From the NCBI RefSeq assembly GCF_009914755.1, contig NC_060941.1: DNA of 64,000 bases. One strand, 5' to 3'. The DNA is from the human T2T-CHM13v2.0 reference genome, Homo sapiens. Positions 1 through 21,024 of the stretch are shown here, in pieces. Both the position numbers and the translations under genes were made by a program. Position 1 is the first letter of the stretch. Every line of letters begins with the position of its first letter. The notes below the pieces were generated by a model. That model did no database searches and was not told the origin of the DNA. It saw only the letters and a list, made by a program, of their open reading frames with translations.

Positions 1-125
1 GAGAATCACTTGAACCCAGGAGGCGGAGGTTGCAGTGAGCTGAGATCGTGCCACGGTACTCCAGCCTGAGAGACAGAGTGAGACTCCATCTCAAAAAACA
101 AACAAACAAAAAAACAAAAAACAAG
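1..125 (+). mobile_element. Alu right-arm fragment with A-rich tail (cut by window edge)
   Basis: GAGAATCACTTGAACCCAGGAGG...GACTCCATCTC followed by A/C-rich tail. Confidence 0.95.
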
Positions 126-152
126 ACAGGGTGAAAAAAATCAGTAGAATAT

Positions 153-208
153 AAAACAAAAGTGATGAAGATATGTGATTAAAACAAAAGTGATGAAGAT
201 ATGTGATT
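153..208. repeat. Perfect 28-bp tandem duplication
   Basis: AAAACAAAAGTGATGAAGATATGTGATT x2. Confidence 0.95.
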
Positions 209-676
209 AGTACATACTCCAACATCAAGAAAAGAATTAACAACAAAAAGTTCAGATTCTACAGAAAGTACTAGTGTTAAGAGGAAGAGACAACACTTGA
301 ATAGAGGTAATAAATAAGCTTCTAGCTTGCTGGATAATACCATTAATGAAGATAAGGGAAAGATAGGAACCCCTAAGAAAAAGATTTTGAGTTCTTGCTG
401 ATTTAACACAAAATATTGACATCAGTAAAAGTCACATAACACTGAGGATTCACCACTAAAACAAGGACTTCAACAACCAACTCATAATGGTTATTGTCAA
501 ATCAAAGAATACTTAAGATTAATCTTAACAAGAAAACATGAAATGCCCTAAAATCTTACAGCTCATTTGGGATAGAAAATTGATAGAGGTTTTAACAACA
601 GTCCTAAAATTTTACATAATAATGAATCATGTAGTTGAAAGACACTCTTTTAAAATATCATAAAAACCAAATTTCA

Positions 677-1045
<369 letters not shown>

Positions 1046-1074
1046 TTAGAAAATGAAATTAAAAATGATATTTA

Positions 1075-1329
1075 GGCTGGGCATGGTGACTCATGCCTGC
1101 CATCCCAGCACCTTGGGAGGCCGAGGCGGGAGGATTGCTTGAGCCCAGAAGTTTGAGACCAGCTTGGGTAACCTAGTGAGACCTCGTCTCTACTAAAAAT
1201 AAAATGAAATAAACTAGCTGGGTGTGGTGGCACACACCTGTAGTCCCAGCTACTCAAGAGGCTGAGACAGGAGGATCACTTGAGCCCAGGAGTTTGAGGT
1301 TGCAGTAAGCTATGAAAAAACAAAAAAAA
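1075..1329 (+). mobile_element. AluJ-type, 3'-truncated
   Basis: GGATTGCTTGAGCCCAG left arm; ends after GCAGTAAGCTATG. Confidence 0.88.
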
Positions 1330-1430
1330 GATATTTTAAATTGTCATATGAAGAGACAAAGACTAGTGAAAAAATGTAGCAAAAAGTATTTTAGTTGTGT
1401 TAATAAGTTAATTCATAAAAAATATATTTT

Positions 1431-1557
1431 GGGCTGTGTGCAGTGGCTCACACCTGTAATCCCATCACTTTGGTAGGCTGAGGTGGGAGGATTGCTTGAG
1501 CCCAGGAGTACAAGACCAGCCTGGGCATCAGAGTGAGACCCTGTTTCATTTTAAAAA
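1431..1557 (+). mobile_element. Alu left monomer (FLAM/AluJ-like)
   Basis: Alu 5' end through GAGACCCTG. Confidence 0.85.
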
Positions 1558-1638
1558 ATTACATACTTATATATGTAGTAATAAATATATAATATAGTAA
1601 TAAATATATAATTATGGTTATTTTCCTAAACTTGGTGA

Positions 1639-2015
<377 letters not shown>

Positions 2016-2044
2016 TAAATATTCATTTTCAATTTAGTGTTTTA

Positions 2045-2373
<329 letters not shown>

Positions 2374-3137
2374 AGTAACAATATTTGTGATTTTATATTT
2401 TTTTTCGTAAAGAGGCTCCTCCCTCTTTACGAAATTGTGTAAGTTCCAGGACCCACAAAACCTAAATCTTTCCCTAGGTACAAGAAGATATACAGTTTGC
2501 TGCTAAAGAAGGGATTTGGATTTTATTCTATGTATGACGGGAAGCTATTAAAAGGTTCTGATTAGACGAATGACGAGCTGATTCATGACATTTTAAAAAG
2601 ATGGCTCTGGCTGCCGGGTTAGTTAGTGGGGGAGATGGAGGGGGAGGCTGTGTCCATGTTTGTGGTGACAAGGAGTGGGGGGTTCCTAAAGCTGTGCAAC
2701 AGCCAGAGTCTCTGGAGAAAAAGCCAGGACAGGTATTCAGAGCAGGAGGAGGTAAGCCCCAGAAGTAAGCATTGGGCACAGGTTAGCTATGATGGTCATG
2801 ATGACCACTTACCATTCAGCTAATATATACTGAATGCTTACTTCCGGAGAAGGTGAAATAGCCCTGGGTGGGTTCAGAAATATTGAAGAAGAGATCGAGT
2901 TTCCTATAGGATGGGGGCTTAAGTTAGGGAAACTGATCTGAGAAGGCTTGGGGACTTAGGGACACATGATTGGCAAGGAGAGAATAAAAAGACACAGAGG
3001 GAGCGAACACAGGACATGCAAAGGTAAAGGGACAAGTGAGACATTAGGTGGGCTGAAACACAGGACACAACAGCAGTAATAGCTAACACTTCCACAGTTC
3101 ACCTGGTGCCATTACTGGGTTTTGCACATATTAACTA

Positions 3138-3568
<431 letters not shown>

Positions 3569-3804
3569 TAAGAAACACGGACATATTTTATGGATAGTGG
3601 GGAGCCACTCAAACACCACTGAAGGTTTTTGAGCAGGTATTATTAGGAAATAAAAAAGAGTAATCAAGATCACTTAGCTAGGGGGGCCTAAAGACCTCCT
3701 GAAATTTTGAGCAAATATTTGTGTGAATGCTTCTTTTCCTGGGGAGAGTTCATACCTCCCATCCAACCTCAAAGGTGTCTGAGATTTCAACAAAGGCTAA
3801 GGAA

Positions 3805-4189
<385 letters not shown>

Positions 4190-4761
4190 TCACAGGCAAG
4201 ACATAAGGAGGTAGGGTTGGCTGGAAGAGCAGAGACATGGTCTCTTCCCTCTGAGATATGTTGATTTCACAGTGTTATAGATGGGTCTCGAGTAGGCAGT
4301 AGAGACTTGGAACCCAGCTCTCCAGAGATGGGGCGAGGCTGCTGCCACAGGCAGGGGAGTGATCCTCTATCACAAGCTCGAGTTTGAATGACATTGTCAA
4401 GGAAAATCTGAAAAGAGGGCCAAGGACAGATCTTTGAACACTATTTGATCTGACTGCCATGCCTTTTCCTAAGTGCTTTCTGACAGATTTTTTTTTTCTA
4501 CACGGGAAATTCACATTTTGAACTTTAGTTCCTAAAATACATTAAATTATACTTGGCTTCTAAGACGAGGCAGGAGGGGATGCACATAATGACTACTTAT
4601 GTGGCTTCTCATCTGAGGAAATTATCTCTTCAAAATGATCAGGTGCTCCTGACCCTGTTCTTAAGAGCGTGGGCATTTTTGAGCTAATTTTGGAAGTGTG
4701 AAGGATAATTGTTAGCACTCAGAGGACCTAGTTCTAGCCCAGTGTTAAAATCTCGGGAACT

Positions 4762-5363
<602 letters not shown>

Positions 5364-5445
5364 TCAGAAATCCACAAAATCCATCCCCTCCCTGGGGAGG
5401 AAAGAAAAGATACCTACATGTGGCAGGAAGCTGCTTCAAGTATTA

Positions 5446-6001
<556 letters not shown>

Positions 6002-6037
6002 TCATAATCCAATAACACTAAGAAATATCCCAAAGAA

Positions 6038-6349
6038 GCCGGGCGCGGTGGCTCACGCCTGTAATCCCAGCACTTTGGGAGGCGGACGCGGGCGGATCAC
6101 CTGAGGTCGGGGGTTCGAGACCAGGCTGACCAACATGGAGAAACTCCGTCTCTACTAAAAATACAAAATTAACCAGGTGGTGGCGCATGCCTGTAATCCC
6201 AGCTACTCAGGAGGTTGAGGTAGGAGAATGGCTTGAACCGGAGAGGTGGAAGTTGTGGTGAGCCAAGATTGTGCCGTTGCACTCTAGCCTGGGCAACAAG
6301 AGCTAAACTGTCTCAAAAAAAAAAAAAGAAAGAAAAAAGAAAGAAAAAG
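6038..6349 (+). mobile_element. AluSp-like
   Basis: GAGGTCGGG, ACATGGAGAAAC. Confidence 0.92.
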
Positions 6350-6550
6350 ATCTCAAAGAAGTGCCATCATTTTCCTGAGAGGCTGTTTAATTTTGTGTGG
6401 GTACATTATTTCAATAAGAAAAGAGCAGCTGTTTTAGTCTGTCATACCCAGAAACTACCTGATAGCCAATATCATGAAACTCTGCGGAGGCAGTAAAATG
6501 CTATAAGTGGTCATGATGATCACCATGGCTAACATGTGCTGAACACTTAC

Positions 6551-6694
6551 TTTGGTTTTTGGAGACAGAGTCTTGCTCTGTCGTCCAGGTTGGAGTGCAG
6601 TGGTGCAATCATAGCTCTCTGTATCCTCAAACTCCCGGGCTCAAGCGAGCCTCCTGAGTAACTGGGACTACAGGCATGAGCCACTACACCCAGC
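6551..6694 (-). mobile_element. Alu right monomer (FRAM/AluJ-like)
   Basis: Reverse right arm only, small internal deletion. Confidence 0.85.
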
Positions 6695-6740
6695 TTTGAA
6701 TGCTTACTTTGTACCAGGCCCTGAGTTAAGGCCATATATT

Positions 6741-7035
6741 GGCCGGGCAGGATAGCTCACACCTGTAACTCCAGCACTTTGGGAAGCAGAGGCATGTGGA
6801 TTGAGTCCCAGCGTTCAAGACCAGCCTGGGCAACATGGCGAAATTCCATTTCTACAAAAACAAACAAACAAATAAACATTAGTCGAGCGTGGTGGCACAT
6901 GCCTATAATCCCAGCTACTTGGGAGGCTGTGGGAGAATTACTTGAGCCCAGAGGTTGTAGTGAGCCAAGATGGTGCCACTGCACTCCAGCCTGGGCGACA
7001 GAGTGAGACCTCATCTCCAAAAAATAAATAAATGA
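6741..7035 (+). mobile_element. AluJ-type
   Basis: Dimer with small deletions. Confidence 0.88.
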
Positions 7036-7061
7036 AACAAATTTTTAAAAAAGAAAAAAAA

Positions 7062-7162
7062 GGCTATATATTCATTACTCATTTAATCCTCACAAAAATC
7101 CCATCAGATGAGTTTTGTTAAAGGTCTTATTTTATGGATGCAGAAATTGAGGCTTAGTGAGC
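7062..7162 (-). mobile_element. MIR fragment
   Basis: CTCATTTAATCCTCAC...GAAATTGAGGCTTAG core. Confidence 0.7.
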
Positions 7163-7542
7163 AAAGTTTATGCTTCTAACCACCCCCAGACTGTTCCTGC
7201 TTTACTCTGGGCAAGACTCATCTGCAGACCTTCGTATGGCCATGTCCAGCCTTGTGGGCCCGGATCATCCATACAAGGGGCAGTAGAAATAAAGCCAAGA
7301 GTAAACACCCTTAGATCCACTAGGCTGCACTCTAGCCCTGCCCCTGTGCCATGCTGCAGCATGCTTCCACCCAGCTCTGAACCCTGCCCGTCTGGCTCTA
7401 AATACCTGCTTATTGTCCCTACTTCCATGCACTTCAAACCCTGCACTTCAAACCCTGCTGGTTTGCCTTAGGGTGCAGCTGGGTTTGGCCCCACCACCTG
7501 CAAAGGTTGGGGCAGAGCTAAACAAACAAGGACTTGGATTAG

Positions 7543-7848
<306 letters not shown>

Positions 7849-8271
7849 AAGGCAAGGCCAGTTCTAAGAGGAACGTGCTCAACTCGGAGGAAGTCTCCTA
7901 TGGCTGGCAGAACAAATACTGGCAGAAAAGGGATACTGAAATGCCTGCCCAGCAGTGAGGGCTGGAACTAGATAGAATTAGATTGCCAAAGTGGACAGGT
8001 AGAGGGCCAGGACTAGATGTCATAGGGCAAAAGGCACAACGTAGAATATCAGAGGCTTTCTGATAACAAGGTAGCCCTGGGTTGAGAAATTCAAGAAGGG
8101 TCAATATTTAAGAACCAGGATAGATGTCATAGGGTAGACTTTCTCCTCTTTTTCCCCGTTACGGGTTGAATTGTGTCTTCCCCAAATTCTTATGTTGAAG
8201 TCCTAAGGCGCAGTACCTCAGAATGTGATCTCATTTGCAAACAGGGTTGTTACAGATGTAAGCAGTTAAGA

Positions 8272-8279
8272 TGACGTCA
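8272..8279. promoter_or_regulatory. Perfect CRE palindrome TGACGTCA within the MLT1C LTR
   Basis: Motif match only; function unknown. Confidence 0.3.
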
Positions 8280-8332
8280 TTCAGGTGGCTTTAATCCTAT
8301 ATAATTTGTGTACCTATAGGAAGGGAAATTTG

Positions 8333-8519
8333 GGCCAGGCGCAGGGACTCACACTTGTAATCCCAGCACTTTGGGAGGCCAAGGAGGATGGATTGCTTGA
8401 GCCCTAGAGTTTGAGACCAGCCTGGCCAACGTGGTGAAACCCTGACTCTACCAAAAATACAAAAATTAGCCAGTCTCATAACCCTGTCTCAAAATAAATA
8501 GAAATTTCTTTAAAAAAAA
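8333..8519 (+). mobile_element. Short Alu variant (left arm, linker, non-canonical 3' end) with its own TSD
   Basis: ...AAATTAGCCAGTCTCATAACCCTGTCTCAAAATAAATA; TSD AAGGGAAATTTG at 8321-8332 and 8520-8531. Confidence 0.85.
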
Positions 8520-8762
8520 AAGGGAAATTTGGAAACAGAAATGCACACACAGGGAGGATGTTGTGTGAAAATGAAGGCGAGATCAGGGTGATGGTTCTAC
8601 ATGCTGAGGAATGCCAAAGACTGCCAGCAAGCCACCAGAAGCGAGGGGAGAGGCATGGAAAAAATTCGATCTCACAGCTCTCAGAAGGAACCAACCCTGC
8701 TGACACCTTGACCTTGGACTTCTGACCTCTAGAACTGTGAGACAATACGCTTCTGTTGTTGA

Positions 8763-9139
<377 letters not shown>

Positions 9140-9999
9140 TAAAACTCTAGGCCTGTTCCAGTCTGCTTCTGGCCAATCTAGTCCTGGTTTCCTGAACCCA
9201 GGCTTCAGAAGAGGCAGATCTGCAGAGAGCTTTTCAATAAAAATGGCTCCAGCAGAGCTCATGGGTATGCAGAGCTCATTGGAAGTTGGCAGGCAGAGTA
9301 GCATGGGGACCTTACACTCCACCTTGCAGGCTGAAGATACTCTGTGTCCTATGTTCAATGTGGTTTCAGGGAGAGGGTTCTCAATGTAGAACTGGGTACG
9401 TGCTAACTCTCTTGAGGGATGAAAATATTTAACCTGGAGCATGGATTTTGCTTAACATGACTCATAAAAATCTTTGTTCTCAGCCTCTCTCCCCATCACC
9501 ATTCAGGCTGTTACCAACTTGCCTTTTATCTGACAAAGGCAGCCAGTTTCCGTGGTTACCTACAAGCATACAGCAAGGTGCCATTCCCAGGAGACCCCTG
9601 GATTAAGCAAATAGCAAGACAGGGGGCCTCTGGCCCAAGGAAAATAACCTGGATCCAATGATCAGAGTGGGATACTGGGGGCAACTGGATTTCAGGAGCA
9701 AGTTGGAAGCCCAGTTATTATAGCTGGGCATGGAGCCAGAGGCAGAGCAGCAAACCTAGTACTACTGTCTGCTGGACACTGAGCCCTTCCTATGAAGCAG
9801 GTGCTACAGCAAGCAACTCATGTGCCTTACCTCCTTTGGTCCTTGCCTACTTACCAAAGCACTCAGTTTTATAGATGGAGGAACTCATGTGACACGTTGA
9901 AGATCACATGGCCGGTAGGTAACAAGGATTTGAACCCAGGCGCTGAATACCTTCCATTTATCCCTCTAGCTGAGCTTGCTGTCCTTCTCCACCCCAGAG

Positions 10000-10300
10000 G
10001 CTGACCTTATGAGCTGCATCAACAGCCTCCCTTTCCCCGCTAGCACCAGTTGGGTCTGTTAGTGGAGAGCCCCACAGACAAGAGGGAAGAAAGGAGAGGG
10101 TGCTTTTGGCTTGTGGTGCCACAAAGTGGTTTTCTCTATATAATCTTCTCCTTCTATTTCCTTCTCTGTGTCTTTGAATCTAGGGCTGCTACTGCTCTAT
10201 CCCTTGTGGTTGTCCAGTGCCCACTCTTTTGGAGGAAGCCTCTTTATAATAAGTCCTTCTTGACTTATGGTCTTTCTGGTAAGACTGACTGCTGTACCAG
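10000..10300 (+). mobile_element. Old ERVL LTR fragment (LTR33-like)
   Basis: Weak resemblance to recalled LTR33 consensus. Confidence 0.4.
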
Positions 10301-10374
10301 GTCTGTCTACTGCTGAAGGCTTTAGCCTGAACTCCCATGCTACTCTTCTCTTTGTTTTCCAGCCAGCGTGGTGA

Positions 10375-10842
<468 letters not shown>

Positions 10843-10856
10843 TAAGCAGGGCCTGA

Positions 10857-11428
<572 letters not shown>

Positions 11429-11588
11429 TATGGTTACAATTTTATTGTAGCAAAGAAGATAAACTCAAATCAGCCAAGGGAAGAGATGCAAGAGCAGATT
11501 TCAAACGATATCCACTTGAGGAGCTTCTGGTCATCATCTCTCCATAGAATCATGGAGTCTTGAACATGATGTGTGATAATATATAGTA

Positions 11589-11902
11589 CAGATGCCCTTT
11601 GACTTACAATGGAATTACCTCTCAATGAACCAACTGAAAATATTGCAAATCGAAAATGCATTTAATACACCTAAACTACCGAACATCACAGCTTTGCCTA
11701 GCCTACCTTAATTGTGTTCAGAATGCTTATATTAGCCTATATTTGGGCAAAATCATCTAATGTAAGGCCTGTTTTGTAATAAAGTGGTGAATATCTCATG
11801 TGATTTATTGAATACTGTATACTGCATAGAAATTGTGACAGTTTTGCATCATCATAAAGTCAAAAAATCTAAGTCAAACCATCCTAAGTCAGAGACCTTC
11901 TG
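11589..11902 (+). mobile_element. MER47A-like Tigger MITE
   Basis: TA|CAGATG...TCTG|TA termini; GCATTTAATACACCTAA...CCGAACATC internal match. Confidence 0.85.
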
Positions 11903-12347
11903 TATTGCCAACATGAGAAGGTCACCTAAGCCTTTGGTGTTCAGGGTTTTTGTGGGAGTTCAGTTACAACAAATTTTGGTATCTAGTCCTTTCCAGAGGT
12001 CAGAACTGATGTGACATGACCCAAAGCCTTCATCATAAATCACACTGTTAGACTGCTCAATGGCCAAAGCCTATAGGCAAACAAAAACAGTCCTATCAGT
12101 CAGGACATTCCAGGGGTCTAGAGATCACCTCCTGGTAGCCAAGGACAACAGCCAGACCTCTCTTTGGGGCAGGTTAATTCTTCATTACACAACGACTTTG
12201 CTCCTTTAGCATCTATCAGACCTTCCCACTTGGCAGTATTCCTAGTGTTTGTCTTGCCTGGCCAGCACAGTGCTGTTATCATCCATGTGTCCATCGGAGT
12301 GTGGGATGGAGCTCAGGAGACACTTGATTCTGTCTATGGTGAGCTTA

Positions 12348-12792
<445 letters not shown>

Positions 12793-12851
12793 CTACAATC
12801 TCCTAAATGCCCTTGCACAAATCAACTGCCTCCCTGCTCTTGTGCTTTGGG

Positions 12852-13179
12852 GCCATTATTAGTAAAATAAAGGTTACCTGAACACAAGCACTGTGATATG
12901 ACAGTTGATCTGATAACCAATAACCAAGAGGGCTACTAAGTGACTTTCAGGGCGGGGAGCGTATCAGCCTGGATATGCTGGACCTAGGGATGGTTCATGT
13001 CCCCAGTGGGGTAGGGCAGGACAGCACAAGCTTTTATCATTCTACTCAGAGTGACACAGTTTAAAACATTTGATGCATTATTTCTGGAATTTTCCATTTA
13101 ATATTTTCAGACCCCCTGTTGACCATGAGTAACTAAAATCTGGGAAAACAAAACCACGAATAAGTGGGGGGACTATTGT
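12852..13179 (+). mobile_element. Tigger2a/MER8-family fragment
   Basis: TGAACACAAGCACTG...TTTCTGGAATTTTCCATTTAATATTTTCAGAC...GGGGGACTATTG. Confidence 0.8.
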
Positions 13180-13419
13180 CTGTGCCCGGCTCTTGTCTTA
13201 GGCCTCTTGAAAGCCACAGATGTGTCTTAGTCATCTTTGATACCTCCAGTGCCTACCACGAGCTGGTCCCTCACAGTTATTCTGTAAACCGACTTCTCTA
13301 GTTCACTTGCTCAGCAATACACTGCATTGAATTTCTCTAGATGAGAATTAGCAGAGGTGCCTCTGAATGCACACTAGCCCAGTCTTTAATAACACATCTT
13401 TATTTGGAAGAGTTATTCT

Positions 13420-13617
13420 GTTTGCAGATATTACCTCTTCTAATCCTTGCACCTGTGAGATAGGTGCTCTTACTACCCCCATGAACAGATGAAGGAAGAA
13501 ATTGAGGCATCTATAGAGAGCAACTTTCCCAAGGTCATCTAATCCCCAGGTGGCCCAGTGGGGACAGAACCAGGTCTGTTGGATTCCAGAGCTCCAAGTC
13601 CTTAACCACTATTCTGT
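13420..13617 (-). mobile_element. MIR fragment
   Basis: ACAGATGAAGGAAGAAATTGAGGC...CCCAAGGTCA. Confidence 0.65.
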
Positions 13618-14006
13618 AATGGCCTGGGGTAGTCCAGTGAGATCAATGCAATTATAGGTCATTTCCAGGAGAGGATTTAGCTTGAAATCATGCTTAGAGT
13701 TGAGAATGCGATTATAAAATGAAGTGACTTTGAATAATCTGTGAAGAGGTGAAATGAAAGCTAGTGATTATGACTGAGAATGCACTAGAAGTAGAAAAAA
13801 AAATGATCCTGGTTTTTAAGGCAGTAGGAAGCCACTGTTAAGTCCATCAGGTGAAAAGAGATCATCATTAAATCCACATGTAAAACACAAGCTGAAACAT
13901 TTGTGTGTTGTTTTTTCTGATCTTAGAGTAATCTTTACTTTGCAGCTCTCTTTTTTCTACATTTTTCACATTGGACGGACAATGTAGCCCTGTATTTTAG
14001 GGTTAA

Positions 14007-14666
<660 letters not shown>

Positions 14667-14688
14667 AATTTTTGTTTTTATACATGTA

Positions 14689-15035
14689 ATGTCATGTGCT
14701 GCATAATGAGGTTTGGGGCAATGAGGAACTGCATATATGAGGGTGGCCTCATACGATTATAATGCCATATTTTTACTGCATCTTTTCCATGTTTAGATAT
14801 GTTTAGATACACAAACACTTACCATTATGTTATGATTGCCTACAGTATTCAGTACAGTAACATGCTGTACGGATTTGTAACCCAGGAGCAATAGGCTATA
14901 CCATATAGCCTATGTGTGTAGTACACTATAGCATCTAGGTTTGTGTAAGTAAACTTTATGATGCTCGCACAATGTTGAAATCGCCCAGTGATACATTTCT
15001 CAGAATGTCTCCCATCATTAAGCAGTGCATAACTG
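14689..15035 (+). mobile_element. Tigger3a (MER7A/Golem)-like
   Basis: CCTACAGTATTCAGTACAGTAACATGCTGTAC...CATTTCTCAGAATG...AACTG|TA. Confidence 0.85.
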
Positions 15036-15077
15036 TACACAATAGTATAAAAGGGTAGCATTGCCTAAAATTTCTAA

Positions 15078-15437
<360 letters not shown>

Positions 15438-16145
15438 TCAGCTCTCAGCTGTTCCTTCTAACATTTATAATCACTTTTTAAATAATATGTTTTTATTTAA
15501 CTTCTTAGCTGATAGATTTTAGGTATAATCTATTGATTTCCCACCATCATAGATGAGGGTTTCCCTTTTCCATATCACCTTTTCCACTTCCCTTTCTCCC
15601 ACCTTCCCTATGTAAGCCTATTGACATCTCATATCTCTTTTTCTACCTAAGCATATTGACATTTTATGTTATATCCAAAGTCAGTGTTTATATTATTATG
15701 GCTGAGCAAATATTGGTGACAACCAAATCAGACAGTATTAAATAGTATTCTATTTTCAACCACACCTCCTTTCTTGTATTTAAATTTTTCCTATATTAAA
15801 AATTGCCATGTTTTTTCACTTGCCTATTTGCCCACGAACTCATCCAATTTTTCCCCAAGCATTTCAATACCTCTGTCACTTACATATCAAAATGTCTCCC
15901 AAATATTCGCACATGTAATTTCCATAGTTTTCCTAGAACTCTTCCGGAAACTTCCTTTGTTCTGTCTGGGCAGAGTGCTCTCAACAGCTGCACACAACTG
16001 ACAATCTGGGAATTCCTAGCTTTTTGTTTTTATGTGTCATTAAAATGTAGAAAACAAAACCAACCAAAAAAAAAAACCACATACCTTCTAAAGTTTGTTT
16101 GTTTGTTTTTTGCAAAGTAAATCCCTATTTGATTTTTTAAAGTAA

Positions 16146-16917
<772 letters not shown>

Positions 16918-16930
16918 TGTATAATTATAA

Positions 16931-17967
<1,037 letters not shown>

Positions 17968-18056
17968 GAAAATGTAATCTAAAGATAGTTATACCACAAA
18001 CTAAATTAACTCTTCTAAAGCATGGGCTAACTATGCCAAAAAATGCTCAACCTGGC

Positions 18057-18952
18057 TGTGGTGGTTTTAGGACAATGGTCCCCAAATTCTTTGACACTCA
18101 TCCCATTAAGCAGGGGGCTCTATGTCCTCTGCTTTTGAATCTGGATGCGCTTATGATTGCTCTGCCTAATCCAGTACAGAGGAAGTGCTGATGTGTGACT
18201 TCTGAGGCTGGGTCATTAAAGGTGCTGCAGCTTCCTCCTGGTTTTCTTGGGACCCTTGTCCTGTGGGAAGTTAGCCACCATGTAAGAAGTCTGACAACCT
18301 TGAGACCACCTGCTAGAGAAGCCATTGTGTATGCAATCCAGGAGATAGTTCAAGCTAAGCTCCCAGCCAACTGCCTGCATCAACTAGCTGCCAGCCAATG
18401 CAGGGAGCCATCTTGGATGTGCAGCCCAATCTTGTCTTCAAGCAACTGCAGCTCCAGCCAGCATCTGACTGCAGCCACCTGAGAGATCCCAAGACCAAAC
18501 TGCCCATCAGTGCTCTTCCCAGTTTCCTGACCGTCAAAATCATGAGCAAAATAAAATGGTTTTGTTTGGCTTGGCATGGCGACTGACTCCTGTAATCCCA
18601 GCACTTTGGGAGGTCAAGGTGGGAGGATCACTTGACTTCAGGAGTGTGAGACCAGCTTGCACAACATAGTGAGACTTCATCTCTACAAAAAATTAAAAAT
18701 TAGCTGTATGTATGTTGTGGCATGCACCTGTAGTCCTGGCTACTCAGGAGGCCGAGGCAGGAGGATTGCTAGAGACCAGGAGGTTGAGCCTGCACTGAGC
18801 CATGATCAGGCCACTGCACTCCAGCCTGGGGAAACAGCGAGACTCCGTCTCAAAAAAAAAAAAGCCACACACACACACACAAAACAAAAACAGTTTTCTT
18901 TTACACCACTACGTTTTGGGGTAGTTTTTTATGCAGCAATAGTAACTGAAAC
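18057..18952 (+). mobile_element. MaLR LTR (MLT1G-like) interrupted by an Alu
   Basis: CAAATTCTTTGACACTC...GCCACCATGTAAGAAGTC...TATGCAGCAATAGTAACTGAAAC. Confidence 0.8.
18568..18863 (+). mobile_element. AluJ-type
   Basis: Dimer with tail. Confidence 0.9.
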
Positions 18953-19116
18953 CATGATCAACTATAAGAACCAAAATTAAGGATATACAGAACAATAAAA
19001 TTGCTTTTCACTTTTCTAAAGCATTAACATTGTGACTGCAAATGTCATTAATCTCTCTGGATATTTATATTCTCACTCATAAGTTGAGGTGTGGAAAGAG
19101 ACTTAAGTCACTTCTA

Positions 19117-19253
19117 TTTTTTTTTCCATTTTTTATAAAGATAGGGTCTCCATATGTTGCCCAGTCTGATCTCCAAGTCCTGGCCTCAAGTGATCCTTCC
19201 ACCTTGGCCTCCTGAAGCTCTGGGATTACAAGTGTGAGCCATTGTGCATTGCC
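19117..19253 (-). mobile_element. FLAM / Alu left monomer
   Basis: Reverse left arm. Confidence 0.8.
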
Positions 19254-19309
19254 AAGACTTTTCTAATCAATAACAACAAGTAGGCAAATGTTTATCTTAT
19301 TCACCTAGG

Positions 19310-19878
19310 TTTTCACTTACATGCAAACTTTTATTTAAACATTTCTTATTTATTAATAACTAATAAACTTATTCATTCTTTCAACATATATTTGACCCAG
19401 GCACTATTGCTAGTTGCCAGGCACTGTTCTTAGATTGTTTAAGGGCACTCATTTATCCAAATTTAGGCATGGTATAACCACAGTAGGGCACCTGACTTTC
19501 TAATTGCTCCTTCTTCCAACCCTCTTCGTGCTTTTGCAGGCTTAATAGAGTCAGCACTAGGACACTCTTTTCATGATTTTTCATCTTTTCAGAAGAGATC
19601 TTTTTCTTCAGTAACTACCATATATGATACTGAACTCTGCTCATTTGAGCATATAAATATTGAGGAAACTGGCATTACATTCCAGGTAGTTCCATGGCAA
19701 AACTGCTTCAAGACAAATAAAATGTATTATTCTACACAATACTGTTTGGGACTCTTAGGGTACATTTCTGGACTGGCATTTTGGAGTTTGGGCTTTCTTT
19801 TCAGAATGGAAATGAGAAGATCTAAATCAAACGAAGTGTAATGTCTTCTTTGCTAGGCGATACTGTGAGAATACGGGC
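19310..19878 (-). other. Candidate terminal exon
   Basis: Acceptor TCTTTCTTAG|GCCCG; two AATAAA about 530-550 nt downstream; no recognisable repeat over most of it. Confidence 0.45.
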
Positions 19879-20164
19879 CTAAGAAAGACTAATTCAAATT
19901 TTAAGGAAATGTCCCCGGTGAACCTGGGCTCCAGTTCAAAAATGTTTTTTTGCCTGACATGGTTTTATTTAAAAAAAAAACACAATTTTACAATATTTAT
20001 CCTATGAATGTGTGTGTGTGTATTTTTTCCAATATAAAACACATCTACGAAAACAAAACAAAATAAATAAATAAATAAACATATCTACGCTATTTAAGTC
20101 AACCAATATGGTTAGTTTGCTTCCTCTGATAGTTTTCTAAGGCAGTGAAATAAATAAAAAATCA

Positions 20165-20683
<519 letters not shown>

Positions 20684-20695
20684 TTAGAAAACTTC

Positions 20696-21024
<329 letters not shown>

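Noticed and set aside
7157-7471. 104-aa and 92-aa overlapping non-Alu ORFs
   Set aside because: No splice or promoter context and no recognisable domain; the lengths are within chance expectation.
19593-19840. Plus-strand acceptor followed by an ATG-poor open frame (KRSFSSVTTIYDTELC...)
   Set aside because: Weak donor, no partner exons, and it overlaps the better-supported minus-strand terminal exon.
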